DNA of 31,630 bases from Candidatus Eiseniibacteriota bacterium (GCA_043810925.1 JBDRNT010000095.1:1-31630); one strand, 5' to 3'. Positions 17,659-27,041 are shown, numbered from the stretch's first letter. Program-made: numbers and translations. Notes: generated by a model not told the origin, from the sequence alone.

Positions 17659-17823
17659 ACGTTCTGATCACTTAGTGGCGCCGGAACTCCCCATGGGTAT
17701 CATCCATGCGTTACCAGCCTCCTATGCTTTCGGGCCCGGGATCGCATGGACCGAGCCGGTAACCGCGAGGGGCGTCAAGTCATTAAGGCTGCATAGTAGG
17801 ATGGAAGCCGGCGGCAGGTCAGT

Positions 17824-18369
17824 CTACTCCGGACGAAAACTGTTTACGATGTAGTCAAACCGGCTCTTGTAGCGGGCGAACTTGGATGTCTGGGCAACAC
17901 AGCTGATAAGGTAACCATTGTTATCCTCTACCAGGGCATAACCCAGGACACTTATCGGGCCGCCCTCATCTTCGAAGTCAAAGGCGATCCACTTGGCGTT
18001 TATGTCGTCAATCACGGCATCACCCCGGCCCGTCTCCCGGTACGCCGGTGTGTCCTCCGTTTGCAGATCAGAGGTAAGCTCGAAATAGCCGGCGAGATCC
18101 ATATCACCTTCCAGCTCTTCAACGTCAACCGTGACGTACTCGCTGAACTCGTCGTAGTCGCTCTCCCAGGGGCTGACGGCCTCGACGTTCGCGTACTCCT
18201 CCCCGTCGCCTTCACGTATCATCCAGTCTTCCGGGAACCTGATCGAGAAGCGCTCGGCCCTGTCGTAGTAGCGACCGGGCTCGGGCGCAGAGTTGCGTGA
18301 GCACCCCGGCAGCGTAAGTCCTTCAATTGCAATGGCTATTAGCATCAGGATTATAGTCCGATTTCGCAA
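17824..18369 (-). CDS. PsbP/DcrB-like lipoprotein
   Basis: TTG start after GGAGG, lipobox LPGC, FSIRFPEDW, C-terminal F..IVNSF. Confidence 0.7.
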   Translation of the reverse strand: MRNRTIILMLIAIAIEGLTLPGCSRNSAPEPGRYYDRAERFSIRFPEDWMIREGDGEEYANVEAVSPWESDYDEFSEYVTVDVEELEGDMDLAGYFELTSDLQTEDTPAYRETGRGDAVIDDINAKWIAFDFEDEGGPISVLGYALVEDNNGYLISCVAQTSKFARYKSRFDYIVNSFRPE

Positions 18370-18480
18370 TACAGCACCTCCGAGCTTACATAAATAAATA
18401 CGGAATCGGAGGCGCCCGGCTTGAGTTTTTTAATCTCAAATCACGGCGGTCCGGGAACGACTGTCGTGCGCCATTCGAGG

Positions 18481-18510
18481 TTGACAGACACGCGTGGGAT
18501 GCGGTATGAC
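18481..18510 (+). promoter_or_regulatory. Possible sigma70 promoter of the propeller lipoprotein pair
   Basis: TTGACA, 18 nt, TATGAC (imperfect -10). Confidence 0.35.
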
Positions 18511-18623
18511 ATACTTGTTGGAAGGCTTGTGCGGGCGGCTGCACTGCATGCAACGTGAGCATGCCGCAGTGTGGTTTCCCCCGCGCGACCGGGCCGGTAA
18601 GTTACTCATAAGGGAGGTTGGAA

Positions 18624-20438
18624 ATGGGTACTATGAACGCGAGGTCTCTGGGCATTGCCGCATCGCTTGGCGTAATCCTCGCCTTGCTGCTGGCGGGATG
18701 CTGTGATGAGACGACGATCATCAGGGAGGTCGAAGTCGAGGTACCGGGAGAGTGTGAGGACATGGGCGAGTTTGTTGAGGTGTTTCCGCCCCTTGGAAGC
18801 ATGAACTTCGTGGCAATCTGGGGAAGTTCCGAGAGCAACATCTTCGCCGTTGGAGACTATGGCAGAGTTGCCCACTTCGATGGTTCCAATTGGGAACTTA
18901 TGGATTCCGGCACCATGTTCTATCTGTACGCAGTCTGGGGAAGCGGCCCAAACGATGTCTATGCCGTCGGACAGAATGGCACGGTGATCCACTATGACGG
19001 CGCAACCTGGGAGCGAATTCGACTCGCTACCGATGCCCATCTCTATTGTATCTGGGGGACTTCGTCAGATGACATCCATATAGGCAGTTCATCCTACTTC
19101 TACCATTATGACGGTAATGAGTGGACCCAAGGCCCGTATCTGGGTTCCTGGTACACCAAGTACGATATTTGGGGAAGCTCGCCGACAAATGTCTTTGCGG
19201 TGGGATACACGGGCCGGATCTTCCACTACGACGGCAACGAGTGGTCGGACATAGGTGATCAGGTTCCCACCAACCTGGTCCTGCGGAGCATATGGGGAAG
19301 CGACAGCACCAATGTCTATGTCGTCGGGGAGGACGGAACAATGCTCCACCATGATGGTGACACCTGGACCGACATAACTGATCCCATGATGGACAACTTC
19401 TGGCTTTACGAGATCGACGGCAGGAGTGCGAACGACATATACGTCTCAGCCTCAAACTCCGGGGTCTTTCACTACAACGGCTCTGCCTGGGAGCGGATCG
19501 CTGATTGGGGTGACCTCGACGGCTACCAGTACGGTATCTGGGTCGGGGCCACCAACGCGTACTCTGCCGGTGAGGACGGTGAAATCACAAGATATGACGG
19601 GGCGGAGTGGACCAGTGTTACAGGCGGCCCGTTCGACAGGCTCGAGTCGGTCTGGGCGGCCTCGGCGACAAATGCTGTGGCTGTCGGACGTGATGGCCTG
19701 ATACTTCGCTACGACGGCGCCACATGGGAGAGAGAAAGCATTACCGGGCACGAGTACAGGGACTATAACGGCATAGCCGGCACGGCGGGGAATCTCTTCG
19801 TTTCGGGTGACTACGGTATTCTTCTCCACGACACCGGTTCGGGCTGGGAGGATGTCGGCAATACCGGTGTGACGAGCGACGACCTTCACGACGTGTGGAG
19901 CTCGGGAGACGTGGCCATCGCCGTAGGAGAAGGCGGTGCGGTTGTCTATTACGATGGGTCATTACTCAGCCTGATGACCAGCGGCACATCTAAAGAACTC
20001 AGGGGTGTTTGGGGTAGCTCTCCCGCCGATGTTTTCGCGGTTGGATACGGTGGCGCCCTGCTCCATTACGACGGCAATGTATCTAAGATCTGGGAGGAGA
20101 CAGATCTTGGAATGCCCTACGATCTCGAGGACGTGTGGGGAACGGCCTCAAACAACGTGTATGCGTGCGGCGGATATGGCATTGTGCTCCACTATGATGG
20201 AGCCACCTGGAAGCCTGTCTGGATAGATGCCTACGAGTGGCTCTACGGTATGGGCGGAACCGGGGAAGACGACATCTACATAATTGGATATGATGATGTT
20301 TATCACTATGACGGGCACTCCTGGAGCAAGTTGACCCAGAGGGCCACTTATCAGAACCTCTATGACATAAGCTGTGGTCCGGATGGCAGCACGTTTGCGG
20401 TGGGATATGAAGGGACCATCATATACAAGCAACCTTGA
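18624..20438 (+). CDS. WG-repeat beta-propeller lipoprotein, paralog 1
   Basis: RBS GGAGG, lipobox LLAGC, 14 repeats of about 40 aa (VWGSSxxDVFAVG...HYDGxxW). Confidence 0.85.
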   Translation: MGTMNARSLGIAASLGVILALLLAGCCDETTIIREVEVEVPGECEDMGEFVEVFPPLGSMNFVAIWGSSESNIFAVGDYGRVAHFDGSNWELMDSGTMFYLYAVWGSGPNDVYAVGQNGTVIHYDGATWERIRLATDAHLYCIWGTSSDDIHIGSSSYFYHYDGNEWTQGPYLGSWYTKYDIWGSSPTNVFAVGYTGRIFHYDGNEWSDIGDQVPTNLVLRSIWGSDSTNVYVVGEDGTMLHHDGDTWTDITDPMMDNFWLYEIDGRSANDIYVSASNSGVFHYNGSAWERIADWGDLDGYQYGIWVGATNAYSAGEDGEITRYDGAEWTSVTGGPFDRLESVWAASATNAVAVGRDGLILRYDGATWERESITGHEYRDYNGIAGTAGNLFVSGDYGILLHDTGSGWEDVGNTGVTSDDLHDVWSSGDVAIAVGEGGAVVYYDGSLLSLMTSGTSKELRGVWGSSPADVFAVGYGGALLHYDGNVSKIWEETDLGMPYDLEDVWGTASNNVYACGGYGIVLHYDGATWKPVWIDAYEWLYGMGGTGEDDIYIIGYDDVYHYDGHSWSKLTQRATYQNLYDISCGPDGSTFAVGYEGTIIYKQP

Positions 20439-20472
20439 AGTGAAGCTGAGTAGCCAACCAAGGAGGTTGAGA

Positions 20473-22281
20473 ATGCGATTCGCGGGTTGGAAGTGCGCCG
20501 GTCATTTCATCTGCATTACTATTGTCCTCGCTGTCTTGCTTGCCGGATGCTGTGAAGATAAAACAATCATCGAGGAGGTCGAGGTCGAGGTGCCCGGAGG
20601 TTGCGAAGCGGGTGCGTTTGTAAACTCCTTCCCGCCGTTTGGAAACAAGGATTTCGAGGGGGTGTGGGGAAGCTCCGAGAGTAACGTCTTTGCGGTGGGT
20701 GACGACGGACGAATCGCCCACTTCGACGGCAGCAAGTGGGAATTGATGGATTCCGGAACCTTGCGGGATTTGCGTGCCGTCTGGGGAACTTCGGCAAACA
20801 ACGTCTATGTCGTGGGAACGTCAGGGGTTGTACTTCGTTACGATGGTTCAGCATGGGAAGGTGTTTTTCCAAATAACTCAAACACCCTCTACACAGTATG
20901 GGGCCCGTCCGCCGACAATATCTACTGCACGGGTGGAGGCTACATACTCCACTACGACGGTAACGAGTGGACCACGGGAGACTATCTCGGTGCGTGGTAC
21001 ACCATCTATGAAATGTGGGGGAGTTCGCCCACCAACATTTTCGGCGTTGCGAGCAGTGGCAGGGTATACCACTTTGACGGGAGCGCGTGGACCGACATAA
21101 ACGATCAGATACCCACTTCACAGACCTTGAGAGGCATGTGGGGTGCCGACAGCACCCACATCTACGCCGTCACCGACGGCGGCACTGTGCTCTTTCACGA
21201 TGGTGATACCTGGACCGACGTAACCGATCCAGTGATGGAGAGCTCCTATTTCTATGACGTAACCGGCAGGAGCCCAAGCGACGTCTATATCTGCGGCGGA
21301 GGCGGAAAGGTGTTCCACTTCGACGGCTCAACCTGGGAGAACATAACCGTTAGTGCGCCGATGAATGAGTACCAGTACGGGATCTGGGCCGGGCCCAGCA
21401 CCGTCTACTCGGTGGGCAATGACGGCGAGGTCAGCAGCTTCGACGGCGCTGACTGGACCGCGCTGGGCGGTTCGTATGATGCGTTTGAGTCCATCTGGGT
21501 TAGATCGAGTACCGACGCCATGGCCGTCGGATACGGTGGCCAGATCTACAGTTATGACGGTAGCACGTGGATTGAGCAAACCGGGAGTGGTGTTGAGTTT
21601 CAAGATTACTTCGGTGTCTCCGGAGAAGCAGGAAATATCTTCGTATCGGGAACCAATGGTGTTCTTCTCCACAGAACCGGCACAGGCTGGGAGTATGTCA
21701 GTGACCCGGACATAACGGAGGAGGAGCTCTATGATGTATGGAGTTCCGGCAACCAGGCCATCGCTGTTGGAGATAGGGGCGTGGCTGTCTACTACGGAGG
21801 GGCCGTTTACAGCCCGATGACAAGTGGGACGACGCTGGACTTACAAGGGGTGTGGGGCAGCTCAGTAAGCAATGTGTTCGCGGTCGGAGAAGCGGGGACC
21901 ATCATCCACTACGACGGCAACCCGGCAAAGATCTGGGAGGAGATGGATTCGGGAGTGAGCCACTGGCTTGAAGATGTCTGGGGCACCGGACCCAACGACG
22001 TGTATGCGTGCGGCGGATATGGACTCTTGCTCCACTACGATGGAAGCACGTGGGAACCTGTCCCGCTTGAGGCGTACCAGTGGCTATATGCGGTCGGCGG
22101 GACCGGCGAAGATGACATCTACGTGATCGGTTATGACGATGTGTTTCACTTTGACGGCACGTCGTGGTCACAGATGGTACAGACCGCGACCGATCAAACG
22201 CTCTACGACATAACCTGCGGTCCGGACGGCTCGACGTTCGCGTGTGGAAGTGACGGCACAATCATATACAAAGCACCATAG
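20473..22281 (+). CDS. WG-repeat beta-propeller lipoprotein, paralog 2
   Basis: RBS AGGAGG before ATG 20473, lipobox LLAGC, colinear 14-repeat architecture with paralog 1. Confidence 0.85.
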   Translation: MRFAGWKCAGHFICITIVLAVLLAGCCEDKTIIEEVEVEVPGGCEAGAFVNSFPPFGNKDFEGVWGSSESNVFAVGDDGRIAHFDGSKWELMDSGTLRDLRAVWGTSANNVYVVGTSGVVLRYDGSAWEGVFPNNSNTLYTVWGPSADNIYCTGGGYILHYDGNEWTTGDYLGAWYTIYEMWGSSPTNIFGVASSGRVYHFDGSAWTDINDQIPTSQTLRGMWGADSTHIYAVTDGGTVLFHDGDTWTDVTDPVMESSYFYDVTGRSPSDVYICGGGGKVFHFDGSTWENITVSAPMNEYQYGIWAGPSTVYSVGNDGEVSSFDGADWTALGGSYDAFESIWVRSSTDAMAVGYGGQIYSYDGSTWIEQTGSGVEFQDYFGVSGEAGNIFVSGTNGVLLHRTGTGWEYVSDPDITEEELYDVWSSGNQAIAVGDRGVAVYYGGAVYSPMTSGTTLDLQGVWGSSVSNVFAVGEAGTIIHYDGNPAKIWEEMDSGVSHWLEDVWGTGPNDVYACGGYGLLLHYDGSTWEPVPLEAYQWLYAVGGTGEDDIYVIGYDDVFHFDGTSWSQMVQTATDQTLYDITCGPDGSTFACGSDGTIIYKAP

Positions 22282-22299
22282 AAGGCCGACATAGAAGGA

Positions 22300-22315
22300 T
22301 GTTTCACGTGAGACG
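22300..22315. promoter_or_regulatory. parS-like site
   Basis: TGTTTCACGTGAGACG matches 14/16 positions of the parS consensus TGTTTCACGTGAAACA. Confidence 0.5.
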
Positions 22316-22340
22316 CCCTCAACCGAGGGCGTCTTCATTT
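22311..22340 (+). terminator. Hairpin, probable intrinsic terminator after the propeller genes
   Basis: AGACGCCCTC-AACC-GAGGGCGTCT, a 10-bp perfect stem followed by TCATTT (weak U tract). Confidence 0.6.
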
Positions 22341-22448
22341 CCGGCATCTCGACACTTCCGGGACTTCTGAGTATAGTCAGGTGCCACTGCATGATGTGGG
22401 ATGCTCATGCGGTGGTAGACAGCAGAATCTCATGATTCGACGCCGAAC

Positions 22449-22590
22449 ATAGGCTTCCTTCGCAGCCTACACGGATGTGGTCAGCAACCCCTGTAGAGAG
22501 GAGCCTGTCTTGAGGTGCCCCCTCGTCAAGGCTTCCCTTGTAGCGTCGGGTTTCCATGCCCGACGTTGGATCGGGTTTCTGCGCCCGACG
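22449..22590. repeat. Cluster of GTAG-type REP-like palindromes
   Basis: GTAGCGTCGGGTTTCCATGCCCGACG (22540-22565), degenerate tandem copy TCGGGTTTCTGCGCCCGACG (about 22571-22590), and further GTAG-led hairpins at 22470 (minus) and about 22493 (plus). Confidence 0.65.
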
Positions 22591-22877
22591 GCCTTTCTGT
22601 GAAATCGCAATATTCGTGTATTCGGATGTCCCTGGTGGGTCGATGTCGGTCCATCTCCCATTAACGTCGTCTGGCCTTGAGGAGGTGAAGCAATCGTCGA
22701 GGGCAGCGAGGCCGAGATGCGGTGGCACAGCGGTGGTGACGTCGGCATAAGAAACGGCGCCGTTGTGGCCTCATACAACGCTGGGCTCGCTTTGGACGGT
22801 ACACTTCGCGTTGCGGGGCGTCGTCGACGCAGCGCTCGTCCGGCAGGTGCTTGCCGGGGACAATCCGATTTCCATAG

Positions 22878-23026
22878 CGATTATTCCGGGCTAAGGAACG
22901 ACAACGCAGGGACTCGCACCCCTGCCTCTTGAGAAGAAGATGGAGATAATGGGTAATCTGCAGAAGATCGCTCGCGAGATGTCGACGATTGGAGAACGCC
23001 TCAGGAAGGAGCGTGCACCGGAGTAA
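22878..23026 (+). pseudogene. Frameshifted remnant of a small helical hypothetical protein
   Basis: RLFRAKERQRRD in one frame continues as LAPLPLEKKMEIMGNLQKIAREM...* in another. A single missing C at GAC|TCGCA would join them. An in-frame TAG lies just upstream. Confidence 0.35.
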
Positions 23027-23070
23027 CCACGTGCGCCCACTGCAGGGGCCGGACCTTCACCAACCATCCA

Positions 23071-24633
23071 TTACGTTTTCTTCCGATTCTTCTTGCGAGC
23101 AGCTTTGGCCGACCGGCGCTTCCCCTTCTTCTGCTGCTTGTCTTTGCGCGGACTTGCCCCACTTTTTGAGCTACGAGGCGGGGATGGCGTCCCCCCAAGA
23201 GACCTGATCGCCCCGGTTGGTTGATCCACCTCACGGGCGTTGAAGAACTCCGTGAAGGCAGCCGTGTCCTGATCGGTGGTCATGTCGAACCCAGCGTTCC
23301 CTCCCTGCGTAAGCAGGGATTTCCCCATCCCGAATCGCGATGGATCATTCATTATGGCCGGGAAATCCATCTCGATCTTGTGAAGATATTCGAGGACGGA
23401 ACCGGAGTTGGGAAGGCTGTACTCACGTCGGAGATACTCCCAGAATGCAAGTAACTCCGGTATGGTCTCCTCAGCTTCCGCGGCTGCCGCTAAGGCTATC
23501 TTCCGTGGAAACAAATCTGTCACGATCTCCTCGACGTCCGCAACCTTGATCTCCGGCACAGGAACTCCAAGGTAGTTGTACCCATAATGCATGAAGCTCT
23601 CCACCCAGAAGCCGGCATCTGGATCGGATTCAAGCAGCGCTTTTCCTTCGGGTGAATCTAAGAACCGCTTCACCAAGGCTTCTTGGTACCCATCAAAAGC
23701 AGCCTCCGCTTCTTCGCTTCCCGGGTCAAAGCCATCCAGATAATGTATATCAAGAGATGTGTATCTCCTCTGAACGGGCTTTGCTCGACCATCGTCAGGC
23801 CGAGACCCCTTTGCACGTACGAAGTCTTTGATCAAGTCAATAGCACCCGCAGTATTCCTCCAGTAGGTGCCTTCCTCTATCCAGTAATAATAGGCCTCAT
23901 CGTGACCGCCGATCGTTACACAGTCAGCCCTCAGGTCCTTGGGTTTTCGATGTCGGTCCTTGATCATCTCTTGTGCTACAAGGGGCAAGATGTCAAAAGC
24001 CATCTCCAGCGACTCCTTCGCTTCAGCAGTTCGTCCAAGCTGGTGGAGAGCGAGGACACGCCCGTAGAGGACCGCTGCCATGGCATCATCCTGGTAGAGT
24101 TCACAGATGGACAGGACGTCTTCGGGGCGCTTCAATCTGAAGTTGCAGCCTATCGCCAAGGCACGAGCCCCCTGGTTATCATTGGGGTTCATGGTCAAGA
24201 GGCAGCTAAATACCTCGAGAGCCTCGCCGACCTTGTCCCGCTCATAGTACTCAATCCCGAGCGCATGAAACGCGCGCAGGAAAGGACGGTTGTCATGAAT
24301 CCCCCAGGGGAGCAGGTCTTTTCCCATGCGGAATCTTTCCGGGATAGAGTCCATTCCGATTGCCACTGCCTTCTGCCAGAGCTTGAATGCGTCTTGCTCT
24401 CTGTCACTCTCGCTAAGGAGTATGGCAAGATGATGATATGCGTCAATGAACTCGGGGTAGTCTCTAATCAGCTGCCGGTAGCTCTTCGCTGCAGCTTCGA
24501 AGTCGCCCCACTCCCAGGTCTCTATTGCCGAGTGGAATTCCTCAAAGACTTCCATCGTGAGCCTGGGATAGTCAAACGCCCAGGTGTGGTCTTCCAACTC
24601 TCTCACGATAATTGCATCAGCCCGAGCACTCAT
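23071..24633 (-). CDS. TPR-containing protein with C-terminal helical domain and Lys/Arg-rich tail
   Basis: TPR-like segments (YPEFIDAYHHLA, LPWGIHDNRPFLRA, MNPNDNQGAR), second domain RFLDSPEG...LFPRKI...ELLAFWEYL, tail KKGKRRSAKAARKKNRKK. Confidence 0.75.
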   Translation of the reverse strand: MSARADAIIVRELEDHTWAFDYPRLTMEVFEEFHSAIETWEWGDFEAAAKSYRQLIRDYPEFIDAYHHLAILLSESDREQDAFKLWQKAVAIGMDSIPERFRMGKDLLPWGIHDNRPFLRAFHALGIEYYERDKVGEALEVFSCLLTMNPNDNQGARALAIGCNFRLKRPEDVLSICELYQDDAMAAVLYGRVLALHQLGRTAEAKESLEMAFDILPLVAQEMIKDRHRKPKDLRADCVTIGGHDEAYYYWIEEGTYWRNTAGAIDLIKDFVRAKGSRPDDGRAKPVQRRYTSLDIHYLDGFDPGSEEAEAAFDGYQEALVKRFLDSPEGKALLESDPDAGFWVESFMHYGYNYLGVPVPEIKVADVEEIVTDLFPRKIALAAAAEAEETIPELLAFWEYLRREYSLPNSGSVLEYLHKIEMDFPAIMNDPSRFGMGKSLLTQGGNAGFDMTTDQDTAAFTEFFNAREVDQPTGAIRSLGGTPSPPRSSKSGASPRKDKQQKKGKRRSAKAARKKNRKKT

Positions 24634-24739
24634 TGTCTTGCCCTCCCAGTGGTTCTTGTGAATCGAGGGTCTGTTCTCCTAATCTCGTGATCGGATTTCC
24701 TCTCACTACCAGATACGGGTGTGCGGAATGATCAGGCGA

Positions 24740-25216
24740 TCACTTATCAGAATACTCTACGTTGTTTGACTCACACCAGTCGATGGCGATTTCTCTCAAG
24801 GCATCGTCTCTGAACTTGTACCATTTCTCAGCAATTCCAAATCGACTAATCGTGTCTTTGAATACCCGAAACGCACCTCGCCCTCTGATCGCAGTGTATA
24901 GGACCTTTGCGATCTCCTCGTCTTCAATTGAACCACAGAACCTCTCTATGATGCGATACTCATGAATGTCGAAGCTTGTGGGTAGAGGAGCGAACCTCCT
25001 CGAGTTCACATCCGCAAAGATGGCCTGCGCCACGTCGACCAAGTCCTTCTCCCAGTCGGGGAGATCTTCGATATCTGCCTCCACTTCCACCGCCCTCATC
25101 ACCTCCTCAGGCATCAGGACGATTTCACCCTTCGCAATGTCGACGTAGTACGAATGCTCATCCGACTGGAAGCCGATGGCATCCACGATGTCCTTGAGTT
25201 TCACAGGCTTACCCAT
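24740..25216 (-). CDS. UPF0158 family protein
   Basis: VKLKDIVDA, DIHEYRIIERF, AIRGRGAFRVFKD, WYKFRD..LREIAIDW. Confidence 0.85.
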   Translation of the reverse strand: MGKPVKLKDIVDAIGFQSDEHSYYVDIAKGEIVLMPEEVMRAVEVEADIEDLPDWEKDLVDVAQAIFADVNSRRFAPLPTSFDIHEYRIIERFCGSIEDEEIAKVLYTAIRGRGAFRVFKDTISRFGIAEKWYKFRDDALREIAIDWCESNNVEYSDK

Positions 25217-25345
25217 GTTTCAAGCCCTCTGTCTTTACCGCTGCTGGTTATCCAGGCTGCTCCCGCGTCCCTCCGACTCCTGCCGTGCTTCTCTTTCTTG
25301 TCTCGTGGCGCGACGGTGTCCCTGATCCGACCGGCATCCGGTGAA

Positions 25346-26866
25346 TCAGTCAATCAACTCCTCAAGACCCAGTTCTCTCAATACGAAGTCAATGTTGATG
25401 TCGAGACCCTCATCCCTGTTCCTACGTTCGATTCCATGTATATGGTCTTTCATTAGATCTACCAGCAAAGGACGAGCTTCAGGCTTTCTTGAAGCTTCCC
25501 GTGGGGTCATTCCATTCAGTGCAGGAACATGATCGTCCAGGAAACTGGTGTAGTGCTGGTGAAAGAACTTCCTAGCCATCTCGGCCTTAACCTCGGGCGG
25601 GATGGACTCAGAAGCGAGATCCTTGGAATCCCTATGATTCAAATCCGGAGTTCCCTCTTCATGCTCATCAGCTATCTTTCCTGCTATCTCTGAGATTTCC
25701 TCGTTCTCGAATCGCACAGCCTTTCCGAAATAGCGTCGGATCATCTTCTTCCCGAATTCGAAGTTGCGCTTCGTGAAGGCTTCAAACACGAACTTGTCCC
25801 TGTACAACGTGAGATTCCCCAGAGAACCTATCCACTCACTTCCCGTATCGTGACGGAACGCAGATGGCATCTCCTTCTCGATCTCCTGGGACTCACCAAG
25901 CCGCCGCCAGCTATAGTACTCAACATCGGGCGGATCACCTTCATCAGGCTCGCGGTCATCCCAGGCAAAATCGGGTTTCGCCTCCAGAATCTGCCTGATA
26001 CTGCTGCTCCGACCGGTGAGTGCATAGACTGCCAGACAATGATAGGAATCCATGTTCTTGAAGATTGCTGCCATCTTCTCGCCCGGCATCCTTAACAATG
26101 CCGGGAGCAGCTCGGGCAGATGCCGTGTCATGTAGCCTCTGCAGTCGGGCAGCCCGGCATCCTTCCATTCCTGTTCAGCACCCCGCCGGATCAGGTCGAT
26201 AAAGTCCTGATGCACAAGTTGCGGCACCTCATGAGAAAAGTGGCCCAACTTGCTGAAATGGGGATAGTGAGTCAGCCATCCAATGATACGGGTGAACCTG
26301 GTCATGGCCCTGGCAAGACTCCGGTCCAGAAGAATGAATGGCCGGTTTTCAGGATCAAACAAGTCGACGCACTCCATTGTTTGATGATCCACCACTTTCT
26401 GGATCTCAACAATGGTAACGAATGACCTGCTTCGATACCGCATTATCGCCGCTTCATCCGGCCTCAATCCGACCCAGCCGTGATCCCGCCATTTATCAGC
26501 CAGAGTCCTGCCTTCCTCATTGGTCTCACCGAAAAGACAGTGCTGGACGGTAAGGTATAGAACCTCTTCCCGAAATCCCATAGACGATGCTCCCTCCATG
26601 GCAAACGAGTCCTCGACTGATCCCAAGTGCATCTCCCCCACCGTCGAGACGACGTGCTTCACAACCTTGTGCATTAGGGATTCATCCAGATTCAACCATG
26701 TATCATATGCTGCAATAGCGAATGGGTAGAACCGACAGTCCGAAGCGCACTTGAGATCCGTTCCGCGCTTGGAGCCACAGCAAGGCGTGCAGATGTAGGC
26801 CCGTATCGCCGGGCAATGCCGTTTGGCTCTCCTTCCGCAGAACTCACATACCGTCTTGCCGGCCAT
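25346..26866 (-). CDS. Hypothetical protein with N-terminal Cys-rich putative Zn-finger and C-terminal Xre/MbcA/ParS-like (DUF2384) motif
   Basis: CEFC-x7-CPA-x4-C-TP-CCG-x7-C-x3-C at the N-terminus and FLDDHVPALNGMTPREA near the C-terminus. Start 26866 (ATG) or 26908 (GTG). Confidence 0.7.
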   Translation of the reverse strand: MAGKTVCEFCGRRAKRHCPAIRAYICTPCCGSKRGTDLKCASDCRFYPFAIAAYDTWLNLDESLMHKVVKHVVSTVGEMHLGSVEDSFAMEGASSMGFREEVLYLTVQHCLFGETNEEGRTLADKWRDHGWVGLRPDEAAIMRYRSRSFVTIVEIQKVVDHQTMECVDLFDPENRPFILLDRSLARAMTRFTRIIGWLTHYPHFSKLGHFSHEVPQLVHQDFIDLIRRGAEQEWKDAGLPDCRGYMTRHLPELLPALLRMPGEKMAAIFKNMDSYHCLAVYALTGRSSSIRQILEAKPDFAWDDREPDEGDPPDVEYYSWRRLGESQEIEKEMPSAFRHDTGSEWIGSLGNLTLYRDKFVFEAFTKRNFEFGKKMIRRYFGKAVRFENEEISEIAGKIADEHEEGTPDLNHRDSKDLASESIPPEVKAEMARKFFHQHYTSFLDDHVPALNGMTPREASRKPEARPLLVDLMKDHIHGIERRNRDEGLDINIDFVLRELGLEELID

Positions 26867-26972
26867 GTCACCACCAGCGTCGCCGCTCGTACCGGCGACA
26901 GGCTTCACAACTTGCGCAAGAGCAGGAACTCATATCCCTTAGACACCGCCTGCTGATAACATTCTCAAGTAG

Positions 26973-27001
26973 AGATTAGCACTGGTACTCGAATTTGTCA
27001 A
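26973..27001 (-). promoter_or_regulatory. Putative sigma70 promoter of the three-gene operon
   Basis: TTGACA, 17 nt, TAATCT with extended -10 TG on the minus strand. Confidence 0.6.
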
Positions 27002-27041
27002 ACATCCGGCCCAGGGGCGGAGAGCCTGCAAAAAGCCTATC

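Noticed and set aside
20374-20472. N-terminal extension of paralog 2 overlapping paralog 1
   Set aside because: The AGGAGG RBS and signal-peptide position indicate the start at 20473.
18624-22281. Diversity-generating retroelement (VR/TR) between the propeller paralogs
   Set aside because: No reverse transcriptase, and differences are spread over all bases and the full length rather than adenine-specific.
22405-22778. Minus-strand ORFs of 103-107 aa
   Set aside because: They run through REP palindromes and lack a clear RBS or motifs.
23683-24690. 335-aa plus-strand ORF
   Set aside because: Antisense shadow of the TPR gene with no recognisable motifs.
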